This document shows, piece after piece, positions 50,101 to 60,955 of a stretch of 64,000 bases of DNA. Position numbers and translations under genes: made by a program. Numbering within the stretch: position 1 is the first letter of the stretch; each line of letters opens with the position of its first letter. This stretch comes from Camelus dromedarius (lineage: Eukaryota). Under the pieces are notes generated by a model. It did no database searches. It had not been told where the DNA came from and saw nothing but the letters and a program-made list of their open reading frames with translations. The DNA lies in assembly GCF_036321535.1 (NCBI RefSeq), contig NC_087437.1:73348001-73412000 (forward strand), written 5' to 3'.

Positions 50101-52052
50101 TTATGGTAATTTCTACACTAAAAAGAAGCTCAAGACACAACAGTAAAAGAGTGAAAAAAATCCATCAAATTGCAGAGGAGTAGTAGAAATTTCAAGAATG
50201 ACTTGGAAAAGGATGTGGTTTGATGAGTAGCAGTTGAGCAGAATGCAGGAGGAGAAAGGGGGAAAGGTGGCAATCCAGGCATAAAGGAAAACACACGTAA
50301 AAACATAGGCGGTAACAGACTGCAAGTAATTAATTATGATTAAAAAATCTGAGATGCTGGGAAAAGTAAAGCAAGGAATAGTATAGATGAAGTTAGAAAA
50401 GTACACCCAGGTAAAATCATGACTAGTTTAATAGTATAAACATTCTTGAGTTTTATATATAACATTGAGTATTATATTAACTTATGAGAATTACTAAAAT
50501 TTAAAGCAAAAAAATTTCATTCTCATGAGTTCTCTCTTCCACATGCAAACTATTATTTTCTTGACATTGAATTTTTTGTGACTTTTTTTTACCTTGATGG
50601 CTTGCACTTGATTTTTCAGATATTTATGCCTTCCTTGCCTTCCAATCAATTCTCAAAAGTATCAATTTTGTAAACATAAGTTATAGTTCCCCACAGTTCT
50701 TAGGGCAGGGTCTTAAACATACAAAGTCCTCAAATATTTAATTTTTATTTTTAAACAGTACTTTTCAACACACAAAAAAAATACAGCAAATTTGAGGAAA
50801 CAATGCTTTGCTGTACTTCAGAGACCCTGAAATTATGCCATTAAATATTCGGGGCTGTGTGGTTGTTTGGTTCTCTGGAAGCAGACACTGAGATCAAGTG
50901 AGGTGTGCAAAAGGCTTATTAGGAAACAACATCCGGGAGAAAAGTAAAGAAGGATAAGTGGGGGTTGGGGGAGCTATCTGCAGATCTGACAAAGTCCCTG
51001 ACAGGCAAACAGGCAGATTCAGAGCAAAGACTGTCTGTTAAAGGAGCCTCAGCCTGGGTGGAAATGGCTAAGATTGCTATTATTCTTAATTCTTGTTCTA
51101 GTATTCCAAAAGTACTCACCAGCTATTCCAAATTGGTTTACCTTTCACTGCAGGTGGCTATCTTAATGCTAATAAGCTCATTCTAAATTCCACCATAAAC
51201 TTTAATAGTTATCAGACAGGAAAAGGCCAAAGATCAGTCAATGCAAGCAATAGCCCAAGATTCAAACAGCTATGCGAATCCGCAACAGCAGAAATAAAAC
51301 CTGACTTGAAAAACAAACATGAGATGTCAATGGCTCCAAGGCCACAGTCACTTAAAAAAATGGAAAAGTTTATTTAAAAGTGGTAACTTAATTAAAGGTT
51401 GAAAATTTGAGGGAAAACAATTAAAAGTTAAAGAAACTCAGGACTTGATAATATAAATAAAAGAACCTTTCACGAAGAAAGTAAAACACCTATAAACTAT
51501 ATAGCATTACAGACAGGTAGCTAAAGACAACATTTTGTTTACACTGAGAGTCTAGAATCACAGAATTTTAAGACAGAACGTGAAAAATAATGTTTGAATT
51601 TTTATTTAAACCTGCATTTATATATAATTTCAATCATTTTAATTTCTTGAAAATACTTTTAATATAATCCTCACCACTACCGCCAAAACACATGGTTTAA
51701 GTATACCTACCTAATACAGTTACAGTTGTAGAGGACTGTGCATTTCCAAGCGGGAATGTAACAGCTTTGCATATGTATTTTCCAGAATCAGAGAATCCTA
51801 TGTTATGTAGAGTAATTGTTGCATCATTAAGTGAATAGTTTTTAAACAAGACTCTTCCCTGATACTCTCCTTGAACAGAGAATCCATATTGAGGATGATG
51901 AACTGCAACAGTCTGTGAACTTTTGCCATGTATCTTCTCCCATGAAATTTGTGTTATAGTTTCATTTACTTCAATTAAACACTTCAACGAAACATTCTTT
52001 CCCCAAACTGCTGTGACATGTGGCTCCACGATAATTGGTCCAGCTAAGGCAC
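31565..52052 (-). CDS. NECTIN3: Nectin-3 alpha, 5'-partial spliced CDS: join(52052-51711,45248-44952,41853-41736,37978-37827,32145-31565)
   Basis: Five exons (342+297+118+152+581 = 1490 nt) with AG/GT boundaries and compatible phases (1,1,1,2,1) join into one frame: GALAGPIIVEPHV... IgV, two IgC domains, TM, ...SRREWYV*. The peptide is recognisably nectin-3. The signal-peptide exon 1 is not in the window. Confidence 0.98.
32088..32119 (-). CDS. NECTIN3: Alternative-frame tail AYSSLASLNC* from an internal acceptor in the alpha exon
   Basis: ccacccttcag|CC TAC AGT TCA TTG GCA TCC CTC AAC TGC TGA, 26 nt downstream of the main acceptor. Confidence 0.6.
35835..36360 (-). mobile_element. L2 3' fragment
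   Basis: attcattcatgcaacaaaagtttactgaacac...cctgagcaaatggatggag...gaactcagttttgaatgttaagtttt. Confidence 0.7.
37827..37978 (-). CDS. NECTIN3: NECTIN3 exon 5, second half of third Ig domain
   Basis: Acceptor taatctag|GTTGGATG, donor TCAG|gtaagt. 152 nt encoding LDGQWPDGLLASDNTLHFVHPLTFNYSGVYVCKVTNSLGQRSDQKIIYIS. Confidence 0.97.
38915..39250 (-). mobile_element. L2 3' fragment
   Basis: ttcactcagccatccattattt...aataagatttagtccttgttttcagtgatc...gcattgaaggataa. Confidence 0.5.
39970..40217 (+). mobile_element. MER20 hAT MITE carrying a ~30-nt foreign insert
   Basis: cagtatttctcaatc...ccaggggacatctggca...ggttgtcacaactggg...acaacaaagatttatccag...ccaaggttgaaaagctctg. Confidence 0.85.
40600..41660 (+). 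mobile_element. Very old L1-related (ORF1/HAL1-like) remnant
   Basis: gatgctataaaaatgaacagagaataagaaaatgctcttagaaactgaaaata, aataggaattccag, gtctctagattgaagg; A-rich throughout. Confidence 0.5.
41736..41853 (-). CDS. NECTIN3: NECTIN3 exon 4, first half of third Ig domain
   Basis: Acceptor tttatag|ATGCTCCT, donor GCAG|gtaatg. 118 nt encoding YAPEVSVTGYDGNWFVGRKGVNLKCNADANPPPFKSVWSR. Confidence 0.97.
43532..43880 (-). mobile_element. MER2/MER2B-like Tigger-family MITE, near full length
   Basis: Degenerate TIRs catcagccctctgtatc ... gataaagagggactacta, TA at the left flank, internal atgcaaatactatgccattttatataa and ggattttggtatcc. Confidence 0.85.
44952..45248 (-). CDS. NECTIN3: NECTIN3 exon 3, first Ig C-type domain
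   Basis: Acceptor ttaaacag|TTGAACCC, donor CAGT|gtaagt. 297 nt encoding VEPTVSLIKGPDSLIDGGNETVAAICIAATGKPVAHIDWEGDLG...RITCVVKHPALEKDIRYSFILDIQ. Translated by hand; the true frame is not in the ORF track. Confidence 0.97.
46040..47670 (-). mobile_element. Old L1ME-type fragment interrupted by Tigger1
   Basis: atgtttgccaatctta, ttttaatttctaagattaagaatgaggtt...ggccatttggaatttcttctg; ORFs 46686..46883 and 46843..47055 are decayed ORF2. Confidence 0.7.
47095..47591 (+). mobile_element. Internally deleted Tigger1 derivative (497 bp)
   Basis: TA|caggcatgccttgtttcactgcacttcgc...acaaattgaaggtttgtggcaac; junction gttactact|gcaaaaagatt near 47328; 3' end ...cataatacctccaatatacacatg|TA. Confidence 0.9.
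48760..49250 (+). mobile_element. L2 fragment
   Basis: cctcaaattcaat...aaatactgaactcatc...tatatccagtcagttacaaagttctg...ccagactgatcttcctaaatcac. Confidence 0.65.
49275..49440. mobile_element. MER5-like hAT MITE
   Basis: cagtgtttctcaaactttaatgtg...atcactggggagatctt...gagctcccaaacgatgccattgctgctggttc. Confidence 0.75.
49626..49815 (+). mobile_element. MER20 hAT MITE, second copy
   Basis: gtgctactagcaaatagcggctagaggccatggatgctgcta...cacaacaaagaattccagcccaaaat...gttgaagaaactctg. Confidence 0.8.
50855..51075 (-). mobile_element. ERVL LTR fragment (LTR16-like)
   Basis: ggttctctggaagcagacactgagat...gtgcaaaaggcttattagg resembles an antisense LTR16 end from memory. Confidence 0.5.
51711..52052 (-). 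CDS. NECTIN3: NECTIN3 exon 2, Ig V-type domain
   Basis: Acceptor ttttccttag|GTGCCTTA, donor TTAG|gtaggt. 342 nt encoding GALAGPIIVEPHVTAVWGKNVSLKC...DSGKYICKAVTFPLGNAQSSTTVTVL, inside ORF 51697..52191. Confidence 0.98.
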
Positions 52053-52167
52053 CTAAGGAAAAAAGAAAAGCATAGTTCTTAAAAACAGAAAAAAAGTTAT
52101 GCGAACATATTATCAAATTCCCTCCCTTCCTGTCTTCTTTTCTCCCTTCTTCCCCTCCTACAAGTAT

Positions 52168-52193
52168 ACACACACACACACACACACACACAC
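52168..52193. repeat. (AC)13 microsatellite upstream of the exon 2 acceptor
   Basis: Direct reading. Confidence 0.98.
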
Positions 52194-52310
52194 GACTGAA
52201 TAACAGAGGACGTTCCTAGGGTTGGATTTAAGACCCACAGAATGACTCCTAAATAAATCAAGTAATCATCAATAGTGGGAAAAGCACTAGATTGGGGCAA
52301 AATAAAGCTC

Positions 52311-52522
52311 AGGAGCAGATCCTTCCCCAGTCACGTCTCCAGATAAAATCCTAGCCCTAGTTGTCACCGTGACTGTAGCCTTGGGAGACTCTGAAACAAA
52401 GGACCCAGCTGAGTCATGTCTGGATTCCTGACCCAAAGAAATTGAGAGATAATAAATGTATGCTGTTCTAAAACTACTAGGTTGCAGGGTATTTTGTTAT
52501 TCAACAATAGACAACTGATGCA
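52311..52522 (+). mobile_element. MaLR MLT1-family LTR 3' part
   Basis: ggacccagctgagtcatgtctggattcctgaccc...gagataataaatgtatgctg...ttttgttattcaacaatagacaactgatgca. Confidence 0.8.
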
Positions 52523-53559
52523 TTTAGGATGTCAAACCACGTACAATACCGAAGTTATCTTCTTTTGGAGGATTACTCTACCAAAAAACTATGAAACTCT
52601 TCATTTTTAAGATAGACCAAATGTCAGAAAACATTAACAAGAAAACCAAAAGCCACATATAAATGTGAAATCAATTTTTTTCCATTTCATGAAGAAAAAA
52701 CTTTCACAAACAAAAGTTAAAATAAAATAGTATCAAACGTCACCCTTATAATACTGATTTCCTTCCTAAAAGCAGTGGACCAAATCTAAGTAATTTTAAG
52801 GGAAACAAGACTAATATTCACTCATACTAAACTCAAGCAATATACTCCTCACTGACAAATATATGAGAACATACATAACAAGTTCATGGAGAGTTTAAAA
52901 CTCACATATATGTTCTGACAAAATAAATCCTCAAACCAAGAAGTAAACCAGTATAAGCATTTGGATATGGAAACTATATAAATACCTTTAAATTTTAGAG
53001 TTATGTTTAATTAATATCATTAGATAAACGCAAAAATTCACAAGGGTATCACCTTAAATGGTTCTAAACAACAACAAAAACTTTACACAATATTATTTTC
53101 ATTAACCTTTTTGGGAGAAAAAAACATAAATGAATATATTTTAAAAAAAACCCAGATATATAGCTAGGTAAGAAGGAAAACTTTACGATCCAAGAGATGA
53201 CTAAGGATATTCCAAAAAAAGACTGAAAATTCATACTGACTACTTAACAGCTATGGGGTAAAAAAAAAAAGTTTTTTTTTAAACTATTCCACTAAAAAAA
53301 GTATCAAGTCCAAAAAATTTACCATTCATGCCCTACCATGTGTTCAAGTGTAGATAATTAAGAAGCTTTTAACATTAATCTAAGACATATATAATGTGTA
53401 AATATTCTAACGTACTTTAGCAATCTATCATAAACCTAGGACTACACTAGAAAATACACAAATAAAAAAGCAATATATAAATATTAAAAAATTTTATACA
53501 TTATTAAATAATACACAACTCTGTATTTTAAAAAGGACAACGATCAAGCAGAATATTCA

Positions 53560-54750
53560 AGAATGTAAGAATACTTTCAGACTATTCATCACAGTAAAAG
53601 GTCACATCTGAGACTGAAAAGGCATTTAACAAAATTTGGTATGTGTTATTTGATTTAAAAAAAACTAACAAGTGAGAAAAAAGGATTTTTAATAATAAAG
53701 TAGATTCTTCTCAAATCAATGGCCATCATAACACTAAAATAAAAAGGAGAGGCATGGTTATTTAAGAAAGATCAAGACAAGATAGTGCACTATCATTATT
53801 ACCATTCAACAGAGCCTGGAAATTCCTGTGGAATGAGACAAGAAAACAAAACAGGGGAGAATAAATATTAGAAAGAAACAAGATAAAATTATTATTTGAA
53901 AAACCTATTACTAGAAAAATCTAAGAAGGCAAAGTAAAGGGCTATTAGAACAAATAATGTGGCTGCTTGCAAAACATGAAAAATGTATACAAAATGTATA
54001 CTCCAACATGTTATAATACATGATAACCTTTACAAATTTAGTGTAGAAAAAGACAATGAATATTTGCAGTATATTAATATTCAAAACATCCATGAATAAT
54101 GTTAAGAACCTACAGACTTGAGCAACTGACTTGAATTAATGGAAGATATGTCATATTTCTGAGAAGGAAAGCATAATACTACACAGATGTCCAACTTCCC
54201 CATGTTAACAAATTGAAAGCAATTGCAGTGAAAACCATGAAAAAATTCTGGAAACTAGAATAAGGACAATATGCTTTAAAATATTACCAAAAAAACCCCA
54301 CAATGGCACAATAAGGGGGAGGAAAAATACTAAAACAAAAATTATAAAAAGCTTACTAACAGTACCTTAAAATAACTGAAGCATACAAACACACATATAA
54401 TAATATAGAGTATGTAATATGTTTTATGAGTGGGGAAACAATGAATTAGTCAAGATATGCTGAAAGGACAAGAGCTAAACATTTGGAAATAAATCCCTGC
54501 TTTATACTAAACACACACACAAATCCAGATGGACTGGAGATCTAAACGTAAAAAAAATAGCTATATATGCCTCTACATATACTGATAGTAAATTTTTGTA
54601 TATTCTGGAAGGTAACATTAATTACTCTAAGGAGTGGAATAACTAAGGATTAAAAGAAAGGACTTTTAGTTTTCAATCTGTTCCTCTAGGATGTCAGAAT
54701 CATTTACAATAAGTAATGTTCATACTAAGAGGAAATTAAAAATAAAAATA
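53560..54750 (+). mobile_element. Highly diverged L1M ORF2 remnant
   Basis: gactgaaaaggcatttaacaaaatt, ctatcattattaccattcaaca, aatccagatggactggagatctaaacgtaaaa. Confidence 0.6.
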
Positions 54751-54788
54751 GAATCATCCCCCTCAGGTGGAGGCAGAGAAGAGGTAAG

Positions 54789-55152
54789 TATTACAGACTG
54801 AATGTTTGTGTCCCTCCAAAATGTATATGTTAAATACCTGACCTCTAAAGCCATGGTATGTGGAAGTGTGGTAATTAGGTTTATATGATGTCATGAGGGC
54901 AAGGGCCACGTGCTGGCATTAGTGTCCTCATAAGAAAAGGAAGAGGCAGTCCAGCTCCCTGTCTCTCTCCACCATGTGAGGACAAAGCAAAAAAGTGGCC
55001 ATCTTCACTTTAGGAAAGGGTTCTCAACAGGAACCAAATCTGCCTGCACCTTGATCTTGCATTTCTCAAACTCCAGACCTATGAGAAATAAACATCTGCT
55101 GTTTAAGCCACCTAGTCTACAGTGTTGTGTTATAGCAATTCCACATAAGATA
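54789..55152 (+). mobile_element. MaLR solo LTR (MLT1A/B-like)
   Basis: tattacagactgaatgtttgtgtccctccaaa...caccatgtgaggaca...gagaaataaacatctgctgtttaagccacctagtcta; probable TSD gtaag/ttaag. Confidence 0.9.
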
Positions 55153-56553
55153 TTAAGTTCCAGAATAAACTGTGAAAGATAGTTTTAATTGTATCTCCTT
55201 ACAACGTATAAGAATCATGGCTTATGGAGTAACACTACTCAGATGAGACAGAATAGACTTTAAAACATAATCTACAATAAAACAAAGAAAGGTATCATAT
55301 AACAATAAGCAGGTCAATCCAAGAAGAAGATGTAACATTCATAAACATACATGCAACTATTAATATAGGATCATCTAAATATATAAAGCAAAGACTAATA
55401 GAGATAAAAGAAGGAACTGACAGTAATACAATAATACTAGGGGACTATAATAGCCCACTTACATCAATGGGTATATCATCCAGACAGAAGATCAATAAGG
55501 AAACAGTGGCCTTAAATGACACATTAGACCAGACAGACTTAATATATATCTACAGAATAGATATCTCATTCAAAAATAGCAAAATACACACTCTTTTCAA
55601 GTGTACATGGAAACTTCTTCAGGACAGGTCACATGCTAAACCACATAAAAAGTCTCAATAAATTTAAGAAGACTGAAATTATATCAAGCATCTTTTCCAA
55701 CCACATGATGAAACTAGAAAACAATTACAGAAAGAAAAACAGAAAAATACACAAACACGTAGAGACTAAACAACATGCTACTAAAAAAAAAAGTTCATCA
55801 ATGAAGAACTCAAAGAAGAAACCAAAAAAATACATCAAGACAAATGAAAACAGAAACACAACTTTCCAAAATCTGTGGGACATAGTAAAAGCAGTTCCAA
55901 GAGGGAAGTTGATAGCAATACAAGCCTACCTTCAGATACAAGAAAGATCTTAAATACACAACTTAACTTTCCATCTAAAGGAATTACAAAAAGAATAAAG
56001 CCCAAAAGTAGTAGAAGGAAGAAAATAATAAAGGTCAGAGCAGAAATAGAGACCAAAGCAAAATAATAGAAAAGATCAATGAAATCAAGAACTGGTTTAG
56101 ATGAAACTGATAAGCCTTTAGCCACTCTTCAAAAAAAAGGGGGGGGGGCAAATAAAATTTGAAATGAAAGAGAAGTTACAACCACTACAATAGAAGTACA
56201 ACAATCACAAGAGAATATTACAAACACTTATATGTCAACAAATTGAAGAACCCAGAGGAAACATAAATTCCTACACATTACAGTCTTCTAAGACTGAATC
56301 AGGAACAAATACATAGAAAATCGGCACAGACCAATTATCAGTAATGAAAATCAAATCAGTAATCAAAAACTCCAAACAAAAATTCAAGACTAGAAGGCTT
56401 CACAGGGTAATTCTATCAAACATTTAAGGAAGAGTTAATATCTATCCTTCTCAAACTATTACAAAAACTGAAGAGGGGGGAAACATTCTGAAACTCATTC
56501 TGCAAGTTTCAGGCCAGTGTTACCCTGATACTAATACCAGAAAAAGACACTAC

Positions 56554-56555
<2 letters not shown>

Positions 56556-56584
<29 letters not shown>

Positions 56585-56600
56585 CAAAACAAAACAAAAC
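56556..56600. repeat. (AAAAC)9 pentanucleotide repeat within L1
   Basis: Direct reading. Confidence 0.95.
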
Positions 56601-58195
56601 TGTAGGCCAGTATCTCTGATGAATATACATGCAAAATTTCTTAACAAAATATTAGCAGATAGTTCAAAAGACATAAAAAGAATTATACATCATGATCAAG
56701 CAGTATTCCAGGAAAGCAAGAATGGTTCAATATCTACAAACCAATGTGATACACCAAACTAAGAAAATGAAGGGTAAAAAGTACATGATCATCTCTACAG
56801 ACACAGATAAAGCATTTGAAAAAATTTAACATCTATTCACAATAAACTCTCAACAAATTCCGTATAAAGGGGACATACCTCAACAAAATAAAAGTTGTTT
56901 ACTGACACATCCACATCTAACATCATACTCAATGGTGAAAAGCTAAAGCTTTTCCTTAAGATAAAGGACAAAACAAGCATGCCCACACTTTCACAGGCTG
57001 GAAGAATTAATATTATTTAAATATGTGAACTACTCAAAGCAATCTATAGATTCAACGCAATCACTATCAAAATTCCAGTGGCATATTTCACAGAATTAGA
57101 ACAAATCATCTTAAAACTCATGCAAAACCACAAAAGATCCCTAATAGTCAAAGCAATCTTGAAAAAATTAAACACAACTGGAGGTATTACACTCCTTGAC
57201 TTCAGACTATATATACTACAAACTACAGTAATCCAAACAGTATGGTATTGAATAAAAACACATGATCAATGGAACAGAAAAGAGAGCCCTGCAAACAACC
57301 CACAGAAACATATAGTCAAGTAATCTACAAAAAAGAAGTAAAAAATATACAAAGGGGAAAAGGCAGTCTCTCCAATAAGTGGTGTTGGGAAAACTGGACA
57401 AACACAGAAGAATGAAACTAGAATACTTCCTCACACCTTATACAAAAATAAACTCAAGATGAATTTAAGCCCTAAGTATAAGAGCTGAAAACATAAAACT
57501 CCTAGAAGAAGTACAGTCTTAGCGATTTTTTTTTGGATCTATCTACTCAGGCAAAGGAAACAAAAGCAAAACTAACAAATGGGACCTAATCAAACTTGAA
57601 AGTTTTTGTCACAGTGAAGAAGAACAATTAAAAGACAACCTATTGAATGGGAGAAGATACTTGCAGATGATAGGGCCAATAAGAGGTTAACACAAAAACT
57701 ATATAAAGAACTCATACAATGCAATATCAAAAAACCAAACACGTCGATTAAAAAATGGGCAGAGAACCTGAATAGGCATTTTTCCAAAGAAGAAACAGAT
57801 GGCTAACAGGCACATAAAAAGATGCTCAACATCACTATCAAATACAAATGCAAATAAAAACCACATGAAATATCACCTCACACCTGTGAGAATGGCTACC
57901 ATCCAAAAAACAAGGAATAAGTGTTGATGAGGATGTAGAGAAAAAGGAACCCTAATGCACAGCTGGTGGGAATATAATGGTACAGCCATTATGGAAAACA
58001 ATATGGAGGTTGCTCAAAATATTAAAAATATAACCACCATATGATTTAGCAATTCCATTCCTGGGTATTATCTGAAAACATAAAAACACTAATTTGAAAA
58101 GATATGCACCCCAAATGTTCTTAGCAGCATTATTTACAACAGCCAAGACACAGAAACAGCGTAAGTATCCATCAACAGATGGATAAAGATGATGT

Positions 58196-58198
<3 letters not shown>

Positions 58199-58230
<32 letters not shown>
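58199..58230. repeat. (AC)16 microsatellite within L1
   Basis: Direct reading. Confidence 0.97.
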
Positions 58231-58232
<2 letters not shown>

Positions 58233-60807
58233 AAATATTACTCAGGTATAAAAAAGAATAAATTTTTGCCATCTGCAACAACATGGATGGACCTGGTGGG
58301 TATTATGCTTAATGAAATAAGTTAAGACAGAGAAAGACAAATACTCTATGGTTTCACTTACATATGAAATCTAAAAATAGGACAGAAGAAGACTCACAGA
58401 CAGAGAGAACAAATTAGTGGTTACCAGAGAGGAGAGAGGTGTGAGGAGAGACACAATAGGTGAAGGGGTTTAACAGATACAAACAGATTTTAAGTATAAA
58501 ATAAGTTACAAGGATGCAATGTAAAGCACAGGAAGTATAATCAATATTGTGTAATAACTCGGTATGGAATATATCCTAGAAAAACATTTAATTAGTATGT
58601 AGTGCACCTAAAATTAATATAATGTAACTCAACTATACTTCATTTTTTTAAAAAAAGAGGGGGTTTTTTTGAAAAAAAGAAAAAGAAAGAAGAACCATGG
58701 CTTGGTGGGCTACCATTAGTAAAGGGAGTATTTGGAGATAGAAAAAAAAAAACTCCACTGAATCAAAAATATATTTAAAATATTCTACATTATTTAAATA
58801 GGGAAAGCCACTCTCAGTTTAAGAACAAAGACAGAAAAACCACCATGGAAAAGGTTCATAGATTTGACCAGAAAAACTAACCTCCTAATGAGAGCTTAAG
58901 CAGGTATTTTTAAAAAAATCTATAAATGGCTATTTTTAATGTGTTCAATTTTACTAGTAAACAAATATTAATGTTCCTATCAGGTTTTTCTTTATTTGTT
59001 TTAACTTTTAGGAGGTTATGAGTGATTTTTTTTAATTCATAATTTTTCTACAGAAATATTCCAAGTAGTTTTTACTTGCTGAAAAAAAGAAATTTTGGTG
59101 TAATTTTTTTGTTTCAACCCTTACCAAACATTTGATCATGGTTTTATCCTACCCCTTGATTACTGATATTTGGCTCTCCCTTAGATTCCATGAGCTTCTA
59201 ATGACCTATCTACTTGTTTGTGTTTCAGTTAGCCAGAGCAGGTTTCTGTTAATTGCAAACAGGAGTGTTTAATACATTTCCCAACCCTAGATTAAACCCA
59301 AAAGTTAAAAAGCACTTCTGAATATTTTCCCCACAGAATTTTAAAATCATGGAGAAACAGATTTTTCATTGTGGTTCTTGGACCACAATCAATACTAGAA
59401 TGTCTCACCACTCTAGATCTCCCTAACATTGAGCCTACTTTCTCCTCCTACTTTCCCATATGAAGCTGAATTTGACTGGAGAGCATAAGTGTGCTGGAGA
59501 AACAACTGTTTGTTACTAAAGACCTAAATTATTTGAAGTTCTTCAATAATGGTGACATAAGCCTATAATATAAAGAAGCTAAGAACAGCAAAGAACTGAA
59601 CCTTTCATATATGACAAGACCCCAACTTAGTCATATCTGGACACCTGCACACTTGAGGGGCCAAGGAAAACCACAATAACATACAATGTTCTGTTCCTGC
59701 CTTGTGTGTCTATTGGATCTTCAAGTAAGTTTCGTAGCTAGTTAATTAAATTGAACTTATTATCCTTTCAAAGAGAAAAGAGACAGAAATGATTGTTTTC
59801 CCCTACTTGTGGTTCCCTCCCCCCCCAGAAATACCACTGCAACCATGAAAAAACAACTCTGGAATTTTCATGTGTATTTGAATAGCCATTCAGTGAAGAG
59901 TGCCCAGAGGATAGAAGACATTAGGAAATACATATATTGAACAAGAAGCTTGTGACCACCCCCCAAAAGGAAACATAATGACTCATATAACTTCTATGGA
60001 TTTTTAAAAAACAAAAATAAATAAAAGATGAGAGTCATATTAGAGATCATATTTAAGAAAAGTGATTGAAATGGAAGTTTGACTAAAATGGCAATAGTTC
60101 ACTTTCCTCTCCCACTCTGAGCAATGAATCAAGAAGTAAAAGAAGTTACTACAAATCTATCTTTAATACTACCCTTTTTGATATTTTAATGCTATCTTTT
60201 ACATCTTACTTTCAACCTATAAATGGCAAGCATCTTGGACATTTCAGGCCCCAGGATCTTTCAAATGTCAGGATCTACAAAATAGATACATACAAACATT
60301 CTACAAATGAAATATTTATTGTATTATGTGTCCAACTACAAACAATACCTCCAAACATCTCTAAGGTATGGATTATTTCAGACTCCTCAGAATTTAGAAT
60401 AATTTTTAAAGCAACAACTGAAATAAATATCCATTTACAAGAATATAGTAAAATCAGAGCATAGGTATCCTCAACAATTTCAGTACCCTTAAATACATTT
60501 TAGAGGAATCAATTATCACCCAGTGCATTCAGTAATGAGTTTGAATTGTTTTAAACTGATGTTTGCCATGACACCTTTCAAAACGTAACAAAAAAGTCTT
60601 TTTAACAATAACCCCAAACAATACTCAAAACAGAAATAAGCATAGAAGAGTACAAAGTGACTAATAAAATACGAAAACTATTTATGAACTTAAAACTCAA
60701 ATACTAATAAAGTATGAAAGAATCTCTAACTCTGGGATCACAGTAGATCACATATTCTAAGGAAAAAACTGGATCACATATCAAACATGTTTGAGAGTAT
60801 CCAGGAC

Positions 60808-60945
60808 ATTCATTCTATCATTATGTATCAAGTAGGTACTTTGTTCCAGGCACCAGGTACTGGGAATAGTATTGAACAGACGCCCCTGTCCCTATGGGGT
60901 TTACATTCTAATTGGAAAGACAGAATTGACAAGAAAACAAAAAGA
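60808..60945 (-). mobile_element. L2 3'-end fragment
   Basis: cattcattc...tgttccaggcac...ccctgtccctatggggtttacattctaattggaaagacag. Confidence 0.7.
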
Positions 60946-60955
60946 TACCAGATAG

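Larger units (their letters stand above)
55224..58689 (+). mobile_element. 5'-truncated L1 (3.5 kb): endonuclease to 3' UTR, frameshifted, RT core deleted
   Basis: ORF2-like peptides SSRQKINKETVALNDTLDQTDL and [29 protein letters not shown] aagaatcatggctt (55210-55223) / aagaaccatggctt (58690-58703). Confidence 0.95.

Noticed and set aside
52053..52191. N-terminal extension MCVCVCVCILVGG... of ORF 51697..52191
   Set aside because: Intronic sequence upstream of the acceptor; it translates the GT microsatellite.
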